A model generated the notes under the pieces. That model was given only the letters and a program-made list of their open reading frames with translations, was not told the DNA's origin and made no database searches. The position numbers were made by a program, and so were the translations under genes. 64,000 nt of DNA, taken from assembly GCA_947254705.1 (NCBI GenBank), contig CAMYCX010000001.1:2616-66615 (forward strand), written 5' to 3'. Positions 48,043 through 58,400 of the stretch are shown one piece after another; the first letter of the stretch is position 1; each line of letters begins with the position of its first letter. The DNA comes from an uncultured Veillonellaceae bacterium (lineage in GTDB: Bacteria > Bacillota > Negativicutes > Veillonellales > Negativicoccaceae).

Positions 48043-49236
48043 TTATGCGGCAGTTCGAGCCGGCATGACCTGATACACAAGCACGGCCACGGCAAAGAAC
48101 ATGAGCGCGGTTGACCAGAATACGGCACTCATACCCATCATCACCGCCAATACACCGGAGACAAACGGTCCTGCCACATTGCCCATGAGTGCGGCGGAGG
48201 AGGTTACGCCGAAGGCGATACCGCGTTTGTCGGTGGGAACATGATCGGCGATGATCGTGTTCACGCTGGGCATCAGTCCGCCGATAAAAAAGCCGGTCAA
48301 TGCGCGGAATGTGGCAAATATCCATACATTCGGCGCCATATACTGGAGAATAAAGCAAGTACCGGCCAGAACGGCACCGAACATCAGTACTTGTCGGTGC
48401 GACAACCATTGAACGACGCGATTGACATTAAATGAACTGAGTGCGCTGGCGATGCCGCCGAGAGCGATGATCGTACCGGAGATGGTGGCCAGTGCGGCCT
48501 CGTCGCCGGTCAACCCTTTGAGGTAAAGCGGGATAATCGGGCCGATACCGGTCAAACCGAATTGAACGAGAAACTGGACAATCATCATGGCACGAACTAA
48601 CGGAATGGAAAAGAAGAGTCGCAAATTTTTCCACATGGATTCTTTTTTGCTTTGCGGGTGCGGAGCGGCTTGCGGTTTGACAAAGACCGCGGTACAGAAT
48701 AACGCCGTCAGAGCAAATAACGCAAAGACAAGAAAGGTATTGCGATATCCCAGCATATCCGCCGCCACACCGCCGATGAGCGGACCGAGGGTGCCGCCCA
48801 GAACGATTCCCGTCTGATATACGCCGAGGGAATAGGTGGCTTTTTCACGTGGCGTTTCAACCACGACCATCGCCATGCCCGCGGCGATAAATCCGCCGGC
48901 AAATCCTTGTAAGGCACGCAGTATCAACAAACCGAAGGGGGATTGTACCCATGCCATCGCGGTCATGATCATCGTGAGAGAGCCCAGGATAATCAAGAGT
49001 ACACTTTTATGGCCGTGCCGATCGCCGTAAGATCCCCAGTAAGGATTGGCCACGGCGGCCGTCAAACTGGTGACGGCGGTAACCGCACCGGCCCACATGC
49101 CAGCTTGACCGATATCGTGGATGCCGAGCTCGTGAATAAACAGCGGGACAAAAGAAATCAGTCCGAGAATGGCCGATCCCGCTAAAATTTGAATACCTAC
49201 CAACCAATATAAATTCGTACGCCATCGTTGCGCCAT
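48043..49236 (-). CDS. MFS transporter
   Basis: 12-TM with 'GSYGDRHGHK' MFS motif A. Start MAQRWRT after GGAGAAATCAC. The ORF track's longer 5' extension contains the upstream terminator. Confidence 0.8.
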   Translation of the reverse strand: MAQRWRTNLYWLVGIQILAGSAILGLISFVPLFIHELGIHDIGQAGMWAGAVTAVTSLTAAVANPYWGSYGDRHGHKSVLLIILGSLTMIMTAMAWVQSPFGLLILRALQGFAGGFIAAGMAMVVVETPREKATYSLGVYQTGIVLGGTLGPLIGGVAADMLGYRNTFLVFALFALTALFCTAVFVKPQAAPHPQSKKESMWKNLRLFFSIPLVRAMMIVQFLVQFGLTGIGPIIPLYLKGLTGDEAALATISGTIIALGGIASALSSFNVNRVVQWLSHRQVLMFGAVLAGTCFILQYMAPNVWIFATFRALTGFFIGGLMPSVNTIIADHVPTDKRGIAFGVTSSAALMGNVAGPFVSGVLAVMMGMSAVFWSTALMFFAVAVLVYQVMPARTAA

Positions 49237-49253
49237 GTGATTTCTCCGTTTCT

Positions 49254-49285
49254 GCAATAAAAGCAGCGGCCGCGTGAGCCGCTGT
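49254..49285 (-). terminator. terminator of the GltD-like oxidoreductase gene
   Basis: CAGCGGC / GCCGCTG stem followed on the minus strand by TTTTATT. Confidence 0.55.
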
Positions 49286-49380
49286 GAATCAGTCATTTGT
49301 CATTTCGTATGATTCGTATTATATAAAACCTGACGGATATTACGAGCCGTCGCAGTACGAACGTGGCTGTGTAACGAGCA

Positions 49381-50739
49381 CTACTTGTCGGCTTGTCGTT
49401 CCGTTTGTTTTTGGATATATGCCATCATACCTTGTGCCGTTTTTTTCGCTTCCCGCATGGCCAGCACGACGGTAGCCGGGCGATGAACGACATCTCCCGC
49501 GGAAAAAACACCTTCCTGCGTTGTCATGCCGTAGTACGGTTCTGTTGCGATACGGATATAGCCCGAATCATCCCGCTTGATATCCGGCAATACGGAACGC
49601 ATCCATGTACCCGGGACATGACCGACCGCAATAATGACACGATTGACGGCGATCGTTCCCTCGTTGCCTGTCGGCGTCATTTCACCGACGTCGTTGAGTG
49701 CTTGTTCGGCGTAACGAAATCCTTCTACTTGTTGTGTGCCGAGTACGGCCATGGGGGCGGATTGAAATTGAAAACGAACGCCTTCCTGTTTGGCGGCCTC
49801 GTACTCCGAGGGCAGGCAGGACATAAACTCCGCCGTGCGACGATAGACGACGGTTACTTGGGCGGCACCGAGGCGCAAGGCGGTGCGGGCGGCATCGATA
49901 GCGACATTGCCCGCGCCGATGACGGCGACGCGATCGCCGGCCTTGACGGGCAATTCTTCGGCGGTGACGGCACCGTCGGCATATCGGCGGACTTCGTGCA
50001 GGAAATCCATCGCTTGCATAACACCGGTCAATTCATCTCCGATGAGCGGCAAGTCACGCGGCTGATCCGTGCCGATACCGAGGAAGATGGCGGCATAACC
50101 GTCCGCCGTGAGGTCAGCAGTGCCAAAATCTTTCCCCAACGTTCGGTTGGTCAGAAAGCGCACGCCCATGGCCCGCAATCGTTCCACCTCAAAGCGAACG
50201 ACCGACTTGTGCAGACGAAAATCGGGAATCCCGTATAACAGTACTCCGCCCGGTTCCGCTTCGGACTCATAGACATCAACGGCATATCCCGTCATGCGCA
50301 GATCGTTGGCGACGGTGAGTCCTGCCGGTCCCGAGCCGATGACGGCGACTTTTTCTTTTTTTCGCGGCAGACGCTTCGGTGTGGTCAGTCCCAAGGCATG
50401 GGCGGCATCGCCGATCAAACTTTCAATCACTCCGATCTTGACCGGCTGCCCGCGCCGATTCAAAATGCAATGTCCTTCACATTGTGTTTCATGCGGACAA
50501 ACTCGTCCGCACACGGAAGGCAGATTGCTTCGCTGATTGATGATGTCGATCGCCGCACCGATGTTTCCCGCCGCCAGCTCCCGAATAAATGCGGGAATTT
50601 CATTGCCGACGGGGCAGCCCGTGCGACATGTCGGACGCGGGCATTGCATACAACGTTTCGCCTCCGTCATCGCCCGCTGCAAATCTTCCATCGTCACTTG
50701 CACACGATCCGTGATCGGTGCCTGTCTCATTCGTTCCAT
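49381..50739 (-). CDS. NAD(P)H-dependent FAD oxidoreductase, glutamate synthase small-subunit (GltD/NfnB/SudA) family, orphan
   Basis: N-terminal 2x[4Fe-4S]-type Cys clusters (CMQCPRPTCRTGCP; CGRVCPHETQCEGHC). Two Rossmann motifs VAVIGSGPAGLT and VAVIGAGNVAIDAA. No partner large/alpha subunit nearby. Confidence 0.75.
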   Translation of the reverse strand: MERMRQAPITDRVQVTMEDLQRAMTEAKRCMQCPRPTCRTGCPVGNEIPAFIRELAAGNIGAAIDIINQRSNLPSVCGRVCPHETQCEGHCILNRRGQPVKIGVIESLIGDAAHALGLTTPKRLPRKKEKVAVIGSGPAGLTVANDLRMTGYAVDVYESEAEPGGVLLYGIPDFRLHKSVVRFEVERLRAMGVRFLTNRTLGKDFGTADLTADGYAAIFLGIGTDQPRDLPLIGDELTGVMQAMDFLHEVRRYADGAVTAEELPVKAGDRVAVIGAGNVAIDAARTALRLGAAQVTVVYRRTAEFMSCLPSEYEAAKQEGVRFQFQSAPMAVLGTQQVEGFRYAEQALNDVGEMTPTGNEGTIAVNRVIIAVGHVPGTWMRSVLPDIKRDDSGYIRIATEPYYGMTTQEGVFSAGDVVHRPATVVLAMREAKKTAQGMMAYIQKQTERQADK

Positions 50740-50916
50740 GTTCCACCCCAACCCCTCGTTGAGGGTCTATTTGTTGACCCGGCCTGTCCTTTGTTCTTAT
50801 TTTAGCATAATTGGCGGTGCAGTTGCATCTTTTTCATCGTTTGAGAATGTCGTTGCGGAGATCGGGGAAATGTACACCGGATTGACGTTGATGCGGTTGA
50901 GTATAGCGACGACACA

Positions 50917-50944
50917 TAAAAAACGCTTCGCCTAGGCGAAGCGT
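50917..50944 (-). terminator. terminator following tRNA-Arg
   Basis: ACGCTTCGCC / GGCGAAGCGT perfect stem followed on the minus strand by T6. Confidence 0.7.
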
Positions 50945-50955
50945 TGTCATATTTG

Positions 50956-51031
50956 TGGTGCGCCCAAGATGATTCGAACATCCGACACGCGGTTTAGGAA
51001 ACCGCTGCTCTATCCCCTGAGCTATGGGCGC
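50956..51031 (-). tRNA. tRNA-Arg (anticodon CCT), CCA encoded
   Basis: Minus strand GCGCCCATAGCTCAGGGGATAGAGCAGCGGTTTCCTAAACCGCGTGTCGGATGTTCGAATCATCTTGGGCGCACCA folds as a cloverleaf: 7-bp acceptor, D-arm GCTC/GAGC, anticodon loop TTCCTAA, T-loop TTCGAAT. Confidence 0.85.
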
Positions 51032-51077
51032 ATGATTCCGCCTGATTGTCGACAGGCGGTTGATATGGAGGCGATAT

Positions 51078-52184
51078 TTAGACGTTAAAACGGAAATACG
51101 TCACATCGCCGTCCTGCATCACATAGTCTTTACCTTCCAAGCGCAGTAATCCCATTTCCCGTGCTTTGGCCATGGATCCCGCCCGCATGAGATCGTCGTA
51201 GGACACGATTTCCGCACGGATAAAGCCGCGCTCAATATCACTGTGAATTTTCCCGGCGGCTTGCGGGGCCTTCGTGCCGCGAACAATCGTCCAGGCACGT
51301 GTTTCCATCTCACCGGCGGTGAAGAAGTTAATCAGACCGAGCAGCGAGTACGCCGCTTTAATCAGGCGATTGAGTCCCGGTTCGTCTTCCCCCAGATCGG
51401 CTAAAAATGCCGCCGCCTCTTCCGGTTCGAGTTCGGCGATTTCCGCCTCGATGGCGGCGGACACGGGGACCCAACCGGCGCCTTCCTCTTCGGCCAGCTT
51501 AGCAACGGCCTGTACATGCGGATTGGCGAGCGGATCGGCAATCTCATCTTCGCCGACATTGGCCACATACAGTACGGGTTTTCGCGTCAGCAAGTTTAAT
51601 TCCGCCAGCAAGGCCTCTTCTTCTTCGGAAAGGTCGAGCAGACGAGCGGGCCTGGCTTCTTCGAGCAGCGGCTGAACTTTGTCCAGTATCGCCAGTTCCG
51701 CTTTGGCATCCGCATTGCCGCTTTTGGCGATTTTTTCGATACGTTTGCGCCGTTTGTCGACGGCATCCAAATCGGCCAGACAGAGTTCCGTCATGATGAT
51801 TTCAATATCCCGCAAAGGATCAACGGACCCTGCAACATGGGTGACGTTTTCGTCTTCAAAACAGCGTACGACCTGTGCGATGGCATCGGTTTCCCGAATA
51901 TGAGCGAGAAATTGATTGCCGAGTCCTTCGCCTTTGGATGCGCCCGCCACCAGCCCCGCAATATCGACGAAGCGAATGACGGCGGACAGTTGCTGCTTGG
52001 GGTGAAACATTTCCGTCAAGCGATCCAGACGTTCGTCGGGAACAAGTGCGACACCGACATTCGGTTCAATGGTGCAAAAGGGATAGTTGGCCGCCTCGGC
52101 ACCGGCCTTGGTGATCGCATTAAATAGTGTGCTCTTGCCGACATTCGGGAGCCCGACGATGCCGACTTGTAAATTCGTACTCAT
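51078..52184 (-). CDS. ychF: redox-regulated ribosome-binding ATPase YchF
   Basis: 'GIVGLPNVGKSTLFNAIT' P-loop, TGS domain C-terminus. 368 aa. Confidence 0.95.
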   Translation of the reverse strand: MSTNLQVGIVGLPNVGKSTLFNAITKAGAEAANYPFCTIEPNVGVALVPDERLDRLTEMFHPKQQLSAVIRFVDIAGLVAGASKGEGLGNQFLAHIRETDAIAQVVRCFEDENVTHVAGSVDPLRDIEIIMTELCLADLDAVDKRRKRIEKIAKSGNADAKAELAILDKVQPLLEEARPARLLDLSEEEEALLAELNLLTRKPVLYVANVGEDEIADPLANPHVQAVAKLAEEEGAGWVPVSAAIEAEIAELEPEEAAAFLADLGEDEPGLNRLIKAAYSLLGLINFFTAGEMETRAWTIVRGTKAPQAAGKIHSDIERGFIRAEIVSYDDLMRAGSMAKAREMGLLRLEGKDYVMQDGDVTYFRFNV

Positions 52185-52186
52185 GG

Positions 52187-53251
52187 TTATTCTCCTTTAT
52201 TATGACGCATGGCGCCCGTCAGATCAATCCGTACCCACGTTTCGCCGGCAGGGCCGAATACGGCGCCGTCTTGCCATGTGGCGACAGGAACGGCAGCGAC
52301 AATGGCGTCGGCCGTTCGGCGGTCTGTCCAGATGACGGGGACTTCGCCGCCGCCCCAATAGGGGCGATCAAGTGCGTCGGCCACGGCACAGGCGTCACGG
52401 GTGACGGCACGTACGGCGGTGATCGCCTGTCGCCATTCCGCTTCACCGCGCGGACTGTAACGGGCGACGATGCCGGCGGCCGACAACGGTGACAATTCCG
52501 GTTCAACGAGGTAACGGGTCAATACATCGGCCAACGGGACATCCCGCTTCGTACCGAGATCACCCTGCCATGTCGCCGGAATGATGCTGTAATACGCTCC
52601 CGCCAGACCGCAAGCGGCCATGGATACCGTTTCCAGTACACATGCCGCGGCACCCGTCGTAGCCAACAGTGTCGGTGCGGTTGTCGTCAAAAACATACCG
52701 GCGGTGGCGTCGTGGATGACGGTCATTCCGGTCTGCTGGGCATATCGCACCCATTGTAGCTGCTCTCGCGGTGTCATGACGACCCCCGTTACGCTTTGTG
52801 CGGCGGCAATTTGTGCCAAACCCGGCTCATGCATCGGGAGCGGTATACGGAAATCCAATTCGTCAAAACTGCTTAAATATTCCACGCCGCGGTAGAATCC
52901 CCGGTCCCAATCCGATCCGCGCCCGTCACCGATATGTACGGACAATTCGGACAGGCCGCCCGGATCCATTAAGGCGACGACCGTATCCGCGGTGGCCGCT
53001 GCGATGAGGCGGGAGGCATCGATGCCGAGTCGTACTTCGGCCGGGGAGATCGACACTCCGTAGCGGGCATACGCCGCGGCAATCGTTTCGCGCACGGTAT
53101 CTGCCGTCGGTGCCGGTGCACCGGCCGATACCTCGGTGATCGCATCACGCATGGCCGGCAAGAGCGGGCACTGCCATTGCGGACGAAGGGTCATGGCGTG
53201 ATCGACAATTCGTCGCAAGGTTAGTTTCGTATTCACTGCGTCACTCCTCAT
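52187..53251 (-). CDS. hypothetical protein, possibly a degenerate class I/II aminotransferase-fold protein
   Basis: 354 aa, Ala-rich, 2 nt upstream of ychF. Weak by-eye similarity to aminotransferase core, but no S-x-x-K PLP-lysine motif found. Low-confidence functional call. Confidence 0.35.
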   Translation of the reverse strand: MRSDAVNTKLTLRRIVDHAMTLRPQWQCPLLPAMRDAITEVSAGAPAPTADTVRETIAAAYARYGVSISPAEVRLGIDASRLIAAATADTVVALMDPGGLSELSVHIGDGRGSDWDRGFYRGVEYLSSFDELDFRIPLPMHEPGLAQIAAAQSVTGVVMTPREQLQWVRYAQQTGMTVIHDATAGMFLTTTAPTLLATTGAAACVLETVSMAACGLAGAYYSIIPATWQGDLGTKRDVPLADVLTRYLVEPELSPLSAAGIVARYSPRGEAEWRQAITAVRAVTRDACAVADALDRPYWGGGEVPVIWTDRRTADAIVAAVPVATWQDGAVFGPAGETWVRIDLTGAMRHNKGE

Positions 53252-53398
53252 TGATTATTCATATTTATTTATTATAGCATGCTTTTATTACTTTCCGCAG
53301 ATCGCGACGGTAATATAATTTTGTGCTGTTTTATCAAAAATATAAATATTTTTCCTTAAATATGCTATGATAAAAAGGAATAGCGGGGAGGAATACCC

Positions 53399-54373
53399 AT
53401 GAATGAATTGATTCACATTCTGTTTTTTAATATGTTTCCGCTGATCGGTCTGGCGGTGGCGGGTTATTGGTTGGATTCCCGATTTAAAATTGATATCAAA
53501 ACATTGACGACGATTGTCTTTTATGTCGTTCTGCCGGGGCTGATTTTTCTGAACGTGTATGAGATGCCTTTCGAGATGGGCAGTCTCGCCATCTTGGCGG
53601 CGGGGATTGTTCTGCTCGGTTTGCACGCGTTGCTTGCTCAACTGATCGCGCATTGGCGCGGCTACGAACCGGGGCAGCGGGAGAGTTTTCGCGTGATGAC
53701 GATGTTTACCAACTGCGGCAATATCGGGCTTTCCATGATTACGTTGATTTACAGTCAGCCACCGTTTATCAACGGGTATGAAAAACCGTACTATACGACG
53801 GCCATGGCGGCGATTACCATTTTGCTGATCATGACCAACGTGCTGCTTAACACGGTCGGTCTCTACCTGTCCGGCAGAGGGCGACTGACACCGCGGGATA
53901 CGTTGAAAATGATTCGGCACATGCCGACGGTCTATGTGGTGATTTTGGCGGTGGCGGTCAAATATTTTGCCGTGCCGGTGCATACATGGTTCGTGTGGCA
54001 GATTGTGGAGCGTGTCGCCGTGACGTTACCGTTGTTTGCGATGTTAATATTGGGCATTCAGTTGCACCGCACTACGATTTACTGGTTTAATCCCGACGTC
54101 TGGCTCGCCGTTCTGACACGGTTGGTCATCGGCCCGATATTGGCACTTGGCGTGATTCTGGCATATGGCGGATTTTCGCCGATTGCCTCGCAAGTGCTGC
54201 TGATCTTTTCGGCGGTTCCCTGCGCGGTCAATTCGGTGCTTTTTGCGGTTGAATTTAAAAACTATCCCGGATATACGACACAGACGGTTATGTCCAGTTT
54301 TATTGTCGGTTCCGTCACGCTTACCGCGGTTATTTACCTGGCACGGATACTGTTTCCCGTACCGATGTGGTAG
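53399..54373 (+). CDS. AEC family transporter (auxin efflux carrier-like)
   Basis: 324 aa, 10-TM, two-repeat AEC topology. RBS GGGGAGGAA. Confidence 0.8.
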   Translation: MNELIHILFFNMFPLIGLAVAGYWLDSRFKIDIKTLTTIVFYVVLPGLIFLNVYEMPFEMGSLAILAAGIVLLGLHALLAQLIAHWRGYEPGQRESFRVMTMFTNCGNIGLSMITLIYSQPPFINGYEKPYYTTAMAAITILLIMTNVLLNTVGLYLSGRGRLTPRDTLKMIRHMPTVYVVILAVAVKYFAVPVHTWFVWQIVERVAVTLPLFAMLILGIQLHRTTIYWFNPDVWLAVLTRLVIGPILALGVILAYGGFSPIASQVLLIFSAVPCAVNSVLFAVEFKNYPGYTTQTVMSSFIVGSVTLTAVIYLARILFPVPMW

Positions 54374-54472
54374 CGGCGGCGGGGTTTTCCGTCGCGCCAC
54401 CGCGAGCGCATAACCGAGGGAGGCGCGTACGAAAAACGGATACGCGCGGGTATACGAACAGGAGGAAATCAC

Positions 54473-55273
54473 ATGATCGGTGCCATCATCGGCGATATTG
54501 TCGGTTCTCGTTTTGAGTGGGACAATCATCGTTCGAAAACATTTACGTTCTTATCGGAACGCTGTTTTTTCACCGATGACAGCGTGATGAGTCTGGCTGT
54601 TTGTGAAGCCTTGCTGCTGGTACGGGAACAAGGCGGCGATTTGGCACGGGCGACGGTGGCGGCAATGCAACGTATCGGACGACCGTATCCCGATTGCGGT
54701 TATGGCGGTATGTTCGGGCAATGGATGTACACGGATCATCCCGCGCCGTACGGCAGTTACGGCAACGGTGCCGCGATGCGTGTCAGCGGTGTGGCTTATG
54801 CGGCGACGACGCCGGCACAAGTTCGCACGCTTTCACATGCGGTGACGGCGGTTACGCATAATCACCCCGAAGGGATAAAGGGAGCGGAAGCGGCGGCGAT
54901 GGTGACGTTCCTTGCTCGTACGGGGATGCCGTTGACGGACGTCGAAGCATATATTCATCGGCAGTACTACGATATGGATTTCACTCTTGACGAGATTCGC
55001 GCGGATTATGTTTTCAACGCAACATGTCAAGGTACGGTGCCGCAAGCGCTGAAGGCGGCCTTTGTTGCGACGGACTTTGAAGATGCGATTCGTAATGCGG
55101 TCTCCATCGGGGGTGACAGCGATACGATTGCCGCTATTGCCGGCGGGGTGGCGGAAGCCGCTTTCGGTGTGCCGTCCGCGATCCGCATGCGCGCCATGAC
55201 ATTTCTTGATGCACGGTTGCAGGATATTCTCGCACGTTTTGAACGGGTGTATCCCGGCAAGGCGGCGAAATAA
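54473..55273 (+). CDS. ADP-ribosylglycohydrolase family protein
   Basis: 'GAIIGDIVGSRFEW', 'FTDDSVMSLAV', 'GNGAAMRVSGVAY' and 'SIGGDSDTIAAIAGGV' motifs of the DraG/ARH fold. Confidence 0.8.
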   Translation: MIGAIIGDIVGSRFEWDNHRSKTFTFLSERCFFTDDSVMSLAVCEALLLVREQGGDLARATVAAMQRIGRPYPDCGYGGMFGQWMYTDHPAPYGSYGNGAAMRVSGVAYAATTPAQVRTLSHAVTAVTHNHPEGIKGAEAAAMVTFLARTGMPLTDVEAYIHRQYYDMDFTLDEIRADYVFNATCQGTVPQALKAAFVATDFEDAIRNAVSIGGDSDTIAAIAGGVAEAAFGVPSAIRMRAMTFLDARLQDILARFERVYPGKAAK

Positions 55274-55327
55274 GCGGAGCAACAAAATTCATACAGGAAC
55301 TCTCATCGGTGTACGGTGCGGTATCAA

Positions 55328-55360
55328 CGGCTTTCCTTGGCGGCAAGGAAGGCCGTTTGT
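55328..55360 (+). terminator. rho-independent terminator after the ADP-ribosylglycohydrolase gene
   Basis: CGGCTTTCCTTG / CAAGGAAGGCCG stem (1 mismatch) followed by TTTGT. Confidence 0.6.
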
Positions 55361-55496
55361 GTAGGGAGTAATCAAGGCATGCGGCGTGGCGTATTGTTAT
55401 AATCTTGTTATAATAGTAATAAGAATGAAACAAGAATGAAGCAAAATCGACAGGGTCGACGGTATTGACGACGGATAATCAGGCAGAGGAGCAGGT

Positions 55497-58400
55497 ATGG
55501 CAGAGCGAATCGATGTAGTATACGGACGGGCGGGCAGCGGGAAGTCGCGTCTGTGTTATGAGGAGATCGGCGCATGGCGATCGCAGTGTACGGCACCGGC
55601 GGTATTGTTGGTGCCGGACGGAATTTCACATACGGCGGAGCGTGAATTGGCGGACGCCTTAGGTGGCGGTTTTGCGGATGTCGATGTGGTGGGCATGGCA
55701 CGCTTGGGGTATCGGGTGTTGACCGAGGTCGGTGCGGTTCGCGGTGCGGGCGTATCGGTGTTGGGGCAGCAATTGATTATGCGCAAGTTGCTGTTGACCG
55801 AGGCGGATGAGTTGGCGGTGCTCGGACGGGCGGCACGACAGCCGCACTTTGCGGAAGAAGCGGTGCGGGTCGTGCATGAGCTTATGTTGTATCGGATTAC
55901 ACCGGAGCAGTTATTGGCGGTACGACCGCAGGCATCGGAGCGACTCGGGGCGAAGCTGGCCGATATGGGACGGTTGTACGGTGCGTATGAAACGTATGTC
56001 CGGACACATTTTCCTGACGGGGCGGATCGGCATGAGAAGTTGTTGGCTGCCATCGGCGCATCGGAACGACTGGCATCGGCGGCGGTATGGATTGACGGGT
56101 TTTCCGTGTTTGCCCCGCGAGACTGGGAGATTGTTACCGCATTGATGCGACGGGCCGCACGGGTGACATTGACAATCACGCTGGATCCCGATCATCCGGA
56201 ACGGGCGCAGGCGGAAACGGATGTATTCCATCGGGGGTATGAGATTCGCCGCCGATTGGAACGTGACGGATTTGTCGTGACGGAGCGGCCGCTGACGGGA
56301 GCTCCTCGTTTTCGTGTGCCGTCATTGGCACGATTGGAGCGACAGGCGTTCGGGTATGATACCGTCGAGGCGCCGGCGGAAGGTATTTGCGTGACGGCGG
56401 CGCAGAATCGGTCGGAAGAGGTCGATGCCATCATGCGGGAGATGACGCGACTGGTGCGTGAAGAGGGGTATCGCTGGTCGGATATAACGGTGTTGCTGCG
56501 GGATCATACGGCGTATACGGATGAGCTGGTCCGGGCGTGCGAGCATTATGAAATCCCGTATTTTACGGATTGGCAGCGGACGATGCGCCATGAGGCACCG
56601 GTGCGACTGATGGCGTCGGTGCTGGCGGTGGCGGCCTACGGCTGGCAAACGGAATCGGTGCTCGGCGCATTGAAGACGGGCTTGCTCGGAATAGACGGAG
56701 CGGATCGCCTGGAGGCATTGTGTCGGGAATATCGTGTTACGGCACGGGATTGGAAACGGACATCACGTTGGGAGTTTCGCTCGCGGCGGTCATTGGTGGC
56801 GGAAGAGATACCGACGGCGGAGCAGGAAACCGAGTGGGAGGAGATTGACGCGATCCGCAAGGCGGCACAGGCGGCCATCGGGGAATTGGTTACGGCGCTC
56901 GGGGCCGCACAGACGGTGCGGGAACAGGCAACGGCCATATATACATGGTGGACGGCACGGGGGATTTTTACCCGCTGGCTGACGGCGGACGTGCAAGAAG
57001 AAGTCAAGCGTTCGCGGCGGCAAGTGGTAGAGCGGTTGATACAGATTTTGGAAGAATGGGTGGATGTGGCCGGTGCGGATGCGTGGTCGCCGGAGGATAC
57101 GTATCGGTTATGGTGCGACAGTATGTCGGGACTCAGTTATCGGTTGATTCCGCCGACGCTTGATCATGTGACGATATCGACAATGGAGTCGGGCGATGTG
57201 ACCACGCAAAAAATCGTTTTCGTACCGGGCCAAAATGAAGGTGTGTTCCCTGCACGGCCGCAGAGCGGCGGGGTATGGACCGATGCGGATCGGGCGGAGT
57301 TGGAGCGATTGTCGCTTGATGTGGGCCCGGATGTATCACGGCGCACATTCCGTGAGCGGGCACACCTGTATACGGCATGGACGCGGGCATCGGAGCGTTT
57401 GTATCTGTCTTATGCCGCAGGAGATGCCGAAGGCGGAGCGCTCGAGATATCGTTTGCGCTGCGACGGCTGATTGATCGCGGACTGGTACCATCGCCTGTG
57501 GCGGCGACGCCGGCGGACGTAACCGCAGTTTGGGTACGGCCGCGACAGGCACTTTCGTTGTTGCCGCAGGCGTTGCGGGAACCGGATGTATCGGCGGTCT
57601 GGTACGGCTTGTATGATTGGGCGCTCCAAACGACATATGCATCGGCGGCGTTGGCATGGACACGCAGTCTGTTTTATACCAATCGGGCGATTCGTTTACG
57701 GACGGCAACGGCACATGATTTATATGCACCGAAGGGAGCATTTCACGGGTCGGTGACCGCATTTGAGAATTACGTGTCCTGTCCGTTTCGATTTTTTGCC
57801 GAATACGGGTTGCGCTTGCGACCGTCGTCGGAGGATATATTGACATCGGCGGACTACGGGCAGTATTTGCATGCGGGTTTGCAGGTGTTCGGTGAGCGCT
57901 TGTTGGCGGACGGTCGCCAATGGCGGGACTTGACTGCGCAAGAGCGGGATACGGTCGGACGCGAGATTACCGACATGATCGCTCCGCGCGTAGGACAGGA
58001 CGTATTCGGATCGGATCCGTTTTACGGATATGTGCGAACGGTGCTGGATCGGGTGCTGACGGATACGGTGGCGCGTTTGAGCACATGGTCGGCGCACGGA
58101 CGATTTGACACCGTGGCATTGGAAAAGGCGTTCCGTTTGCATGCGGGACGGGTCGGAGATACGGATTTTTTCTTACGCGGCGTGATTGACCGCTTGGATC
58201 GGTATCGGGATCCCGAGACGGGACGGGAATATTACTTGGTGATCGATTATAAAACGGGATCACCGAAAACGGATCTCGCGGATTTGTACTACGGATTGCA
58301 GCTGCAGTTGGCGACATATTTGTATGCGACGTTGACGGCGGAGCCGGATGCGCTGCCGGCGGGTATTATGTACGTATATGTGCATGATGAGCGGGCGGAT

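Noticed and set aside
51032-51077. Small hairpin CCGCCTG...CAGGCGG between ychF and tRNA-Arg
   Set aside because: Short stem without a U-tract. Probably incidental or tRNA-processing related, not a clear terminator.
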